Source: Longivirga aurantiaca
Lineage (GTDB): Bacteria; Actinomycetota; Actinomycetes; S36-B12; CAIYMF01
NCBI RefSeq assembly: GCF_042660085.1
Contig: NZ_JBHSTI010000008.1
Location: 180,001 to 212,000 of the forward strand
Length of the DNA: 32,000 bases
Direction of reading: 5' to 3'
The position numbers and the translations under genes were made by a program. Below the pieces are notes generated by a model. That model had not been told where the DNA came from, did no database searches, and was given only the letters and a program-made list of their open reading frames with translations. Shown one piece after another: positions 28,906 to 32,000 of this stretch; position 1 is the first letter of the stretch, and every line of letters begins with the position of its first letter.

Positions 28906-29745
28906 GTGGGCCAGAAGATCAACCCGTACGGCTTCCGTCTGGGCATCACCACCGACTACAAGTCGCGCTGGTTCGCCGACTCCTCCAAGGAGGGTCAGCG
29001 CTACCGCGACTACGTCGATGAGGACGTCAAGATCCGTCGCCTCATGACCAAGGGCATGGAGCGTGCCGGCATCAGCAAGGTGGAGATCGAGCGCACGCGT
29101 GAGCGCGTCCGCGTCGACATCCACACTGCTCGCCCCGGCATCGTCATCGGCCGCCGTGGCGCCGAGGCCGACCGCATCCGCGGCGACCTCGAGAAGCTCA
29201 CCGGCAAGCAGGTGCAGCTCAACATCCTCGAGGTCAAGAACCCCGAGATCGACGCGCAGCTCGTCGCGCAGGGCGTGGCCGAGCAGCTCTCGAGCCGTGT
29301 CTCGTTCCGTCGCGCCATGCGCAAGTCGATGCAGTCCGCCATGAAGGGCGGCGCCAAGGGCATCCGTGTCCAGGTGTCCGGCCGTCTCGGTGGCGCGGAG
29401 ATGAGCCGTACCGAGTTCTACCGCGAGGGCCGCGTGCCGCTGCACACGCTCCGCGCGAACATCGACTACGGCTTCTACGAGGCCCGCACGACCTTCGGCC
29501 GCATCGGCGTGAAGGTCTGGATCTACAAGGGCGAGGTCAGCCAGTCGCGCACCGAGCGCGAGGCCGCCATCGCCGCGGAGCGTCTCGGCGCCGGCCGCCG
29601 TCCCGAGCGTGCCGGTCGTCCGGCCGCCGCTCGTGGCCCGCGTCGCGACGAGGCCGCTGCCCCCGCGGTCGAGGCCACCGAGGCTCCCGCCGCTGAGCCG
29701 GTCGAGGCCGTCGCTGCGGTCGAGACCCCCGGAACGGAGGCCTGA
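28906..29745 (+). CDS. rpsC: 30S ribosomal protein S3
   Basis: GTG start. [25 protein letters not shown]...[32 protein letters not shown]. Ala/Glu-rich C-terminal tail. Confidence 0.97.
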   Translation: MGQKINPYGFRLGITTDYKSRWFADSSKEGQRYRDYVDEDVKIRRLMTKGMERAGISKVEIERTRERVRVDIHTARPGIVIGRRGAEADRIRGDLEKLTGKQVQLNILEVKNPEIDAQLVAQGVAEQLSSRVSFRRAMRKSMQSAMKGGAKGIRVQVSGRLGGAEMSRTEFYREGRVPLHTLRANIDYGFYEARTTFGRIGVKVWIYKGEVSQSRTEREAAIAAERLGAGRRPERAGRPAAARGPRRDEAAAPAVEATEAPAAEPVEAVAAVETPGTEA

Positions 29746-29747
29746 CC

Positions 29748-30167
29748 ATGCTGATCCCTCGCAGGGTCAAGCACCGCAAGCAGCACCACCCGGACCGTAC
29801 GGGCGCTGCCAAGGGCGGCACCGAGGTGACCTGGGGCCAGTACGGCCTGCAGGCCCTCGAGCCGGCCTACGTGACCAACCGTCAGATCGAGTCCGCCCGT
29901 ATCGCCATCACGCGTCACATCCGCCGTGGTGGCAAGGTCTGGATCACGATCTACCCGGACCGCCCGATCACCAAGAAGCCCGCCGAGACCCGCATGGGTT
30001 CCGGCAAGGGCTCGCCCGAGTGGTGGGTGGCCAACGTCAAGCCCGGACGCGTGATGTTCGAGCTGTCGTTCCCCAACGAGGTAGTGGCACGCGAGGCGCT
30101 CACCCGCGCCGCGCACAAGCTGCCCATGAAGTGCCGCATCGTGCGGCGCGAGGCTGGTGACATCTAA
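29748..30167 (+). CDS. rplP: 50S ribosomal protein L16
   Basis: [88 protein letters not shown]. Confidence 0.98.
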   Translation: MLIPRRVKHRKQHHPDRTGAAKGGTEVTWGQYGLQALEPAYVTNRQIESARIAITRHIRRGGKVWITIYPDRPITKKPAETRMGSGKGSPEWWVANVKPGRVMFELSFPNEVVAREALTRAAHKLPMKCRIVRREAGDI

Positions 30168-30392
30168 ATGGCAACCGGGACCAAGCCGACCGAGCTGCGC
30201 ACCCTGACCGACGACGAGCTCGTCGAGAAGCTGCGCGAGGCCAAGGCCGAGCTCTTCAACCTGCGTTTCCAGGCGGCCACCGGCCAGCTGGAGAGCCACG
30301 GCCGTCTGCGCGCCGTCCGCACGGACATCGCGCGCATCTACACGATCATGCGCGAGCGCGAGCTCGGGATCACCCCTGTGGGTGCCGCGTGA
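30168..30392 (+). CDS. rpmC: 50S ribosomal protein L29
   Basis: [60 protein letters not shown]. Confidence 0.97.
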   Translation: MATGTKPTELRTLTDDELVEKLREAKAELFNLRFQAATGQLESHGRLRAVRTDIARIYTIMRERELGITPVGAA

Positions 30393-30679
30393 GCGAGAAC
30401 AGCGAGAAGGCAGTGACTGAGACCGACATCCGCGGCTCCCGCAAGACGCGCGAGGGGTACGTCGTCAGCGACAAGATGGACAAGACCGTCGTCGTCGCCG
30501 TCGAGGACCGCTTCAAGCACCCGCTGTACGGCAAGGTCGTCCGCCGTACGAGCAAGCTGCACGCCCACGACGAGGCCAACGCGGCCGGCATCGGCGACAA
30601 GGTCCTCCTCATGGAGACCCGTCCGCTGTCCGCCACCAAGCGCTGGCGCGTCGTGGAGATCCTCGAGAAGGCCAAGTGA
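30389..30679 (+). CDS. rpsQ: 30S ribosomal protein S17
   Basis: GTGA overlap with rpm[80 protein letters not shown]. Confidence 0.97.
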   Translation: MSENSEKAVTETDIRGSRKTREGYVVSDKMDKTVVVAVEDRFKHPLYGKVVRRTSKLHAHDEANAAGIGDKVLLMETRPLSATKRWRVVEILEKAK

Positions 30680-30724
30680 TCCGGGGGCGGGCACCGCAGG
30701 GTTTCCGCCCCAAGATCACGAGTT

Positions 30725-30753
30725 TTGGCCCCTGTCCCGGGGCCGACTAGACT
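30725..30753 (+). promoter_or_regulatory. candidate internal promoter upstream of rplN
   Basis: TTGGCC (30725-30730), 17-nt spacer, TAGACT (30748-30753), within a 168-nt gap before rplN. Confidence 0.6.
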
Positions 30754-30847
30754 CACCAGGTCCTGCACACGTGCGGGGCCGCACCACACATCCGTTCCGC
30801 AAGGCTCGGTCAAGCCGAGAACCGGCGCGACAACAGGAGACAGACAA

Positions 30848-31216
30848 GTGATCCAGCAGGAGTCGCGACTGCGTGTCGCCGACAACACGGGTGCCAAGGA
30901 AATTCTGTGCATCCGCGTTCTCGGCGGTTCCGGTCGACGCTACGCGGGCATCGGCGACGTCATCGTCGCCACCGTGAAGGACGCGATCCCCGGTGGCAAC
31001 GTGAAGAAGGGCGACGTCGTCAAGGCGGTCATCGTGCGCACCAAGAAGGAGCGCCGGCGCCTGGACGGGTCGTACATCCGCTTCGACGAGAACGCCGCCG
31101 TCATCCTCAAGGGCGATGGCGAGCCGCGCGGCACGCGCATCTTCGGCCCGGTGGGCCGCGAGCTGCGCGAGAAGCGCTTCATGAAGATCATCTCGCTGGC
31201 TCCGGAGGTGCTCTGA
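30848..31216 (+). CDS. rplN: 50S ribosomal protein L14
   Basis: GTG start. [67 protein letters not shown]. Confidence 0.98.
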   Translation: MIQQESRLRVADNTGAKEILCIRVLGGSGRRYAGIGDVIVATVKDAIPGGNVKKGDVVKAVIVRTKKERRRLDGSYIRFDENAAVILKGDGEPRGTRIFGPVGRELREKRFMKIISLAPEVL

Positions 31217-31217
31217 C

Positions 31218-31580
31218 ATGGGCTCGCTGAACATCAAGAAGGGTGACCTCGTCCAGGTCATCACGGGCAAGGACAAGGGCGTCCAGGGCAAGGTCATCGC
31301 CGTCCTGGTCGAGGCCGACAAGGTCCTCGTCGAGGGTGTCAACCGGATCAAGAAGCACACGAAGGTCGGCCAGACCACGCGTGGTGCCAAGACCGGCGGC
31401 ATCGTGACCCAGGAGGCCCCGATCCACGTCTCGAACGTGCAGCTCGTGGACCCCTCGGACAACCGCCCCACCCGCGTCGGCTTCCGTCGTGAGGTGGTCA
31501 CCAAGACCCGTCCCGACGGCACGTCGTACGAGACCTCGCGTTCCGTGCGCGTCTCCAAGCGCACCGGTAAGGACATCTGA
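31218..31580 (+). CDS. rplX: 50S ribosomal protein L24
   Basis: [49 protein letters not shown]. Confidence 0.96.
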   Translation: MGSLNIKKGDLVQVITGKDKGVQGKVIAVLVEADKVLVEGVNRIKKHTKVGQTTRGAKTGGIVTQEAPIHVSNVQLVDPSDNRPTRVGFRREVVTKTRPDGTSYETSRSVRVSKRTGKDI

Positions 31581-32000
31581 TGACGACCGAGACCACTGCG
31601 TCCACGGAGACCGCGATCCCGCGTCTCAAGACCCGGTACCGCGAGGAGATCATCCCCACGCTGCGTGAGGAGTTCGCCTTCGCGAACGTCATGCAGGTCC
31701 CGGGCCTCACCAAGATCGTGGTGAACATGGGTGTCGGCGAGGCTGCTCGCGACTCCAAGCTCATCGAGGGTGCCATCAAGGACCTCGCCGCGATCACCGG
31801 CCAGAAGCCGCAGGTGACCAAGGCGCGCAAGTCGATCGCCCAGTTCAAGCTGCGCGAGGGGATGCCGATCGGCGCCCACGTCACGCTGCGCGGCGACCGC
31901 ATGTGGGAGTTCCTCGACCGGCTGCTGTCGGTCGCGCTCCCGCGCATCCGCGACTTCCGCGGCCTGTCCGCGACCCAGTTCGACGGTCGCGGCAACTACA
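31580..32000 (+). CDS. rplE: 50S ribosomal protein L5, truncated by the window end
   Basis: [93 protein letters not shown]. The start overlaps the rplX stop. Confidence 0.97.
   Translation, partial: MTTETTASTETAIPRLKTRYREEIIPTLREEFAFANVMQVPGLTKIVVNMGVGEAARDSKLIEGAIKDLAAITGQKPQVTKARKSIAQFKLREGMPIGAHVTLRGDRMWEFLDRLLSVALPRIRDFRGLSATQFDGRGNY

Overview
This is a high-GC actinobacterial chromosomal core region. Family and genus were not determined; the gene order and sequences look Cellulomonas/Micrococcales-like, but that is inference. From left to right it contains: yajQ-like (-), tRNA-Tyr, an SDR oxidoreductase (-), tRNA-Thr, tRNA-Met, rpmG, a FabG/HSD17B4-like SDR, two MaoC/hotdog dehydratases (hadA/hadB-like), murB, a DUF6325-like protein, a SHOCT-domain protein, a PLP aminotransferase (-), tRNA-Trp, secE, nusG, rplK, rplA, rplJ, rplL, rpoB, rpoC, a small DUF4190-like membrane protein, rpsL, rpsG, fusA, tuf, and the S10/spc ribosomal protein cluster rpsJ, rplC, rplD, rplW, rplB, rpsS, rplV, rpsC, rplP, rpmC, rpsQ, rplN, rplX and a truncated rplE. 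All major genes appear intact. I found no mobile element, CRISPR array, toxin-antitoxin, phage, defence or secondary-metabolism system, and nothing supports an undescribed system. The second-look items are modest: a probable L10 leader/attenuator before rplJ, a degenerate 14-nt tandem repeat plus palindrome after rpoC, a 27-nt tandem repeat in the acidic NusG N-terminal extension, a DUF6325/SHOCT gene pair of unknown role, and a hairpin-containing internal promoter candidate before rplN. All coordinates, hairpins and motif spacings were read by hand from the sequence. Family names come from recognising protein sequences, not from database searches.
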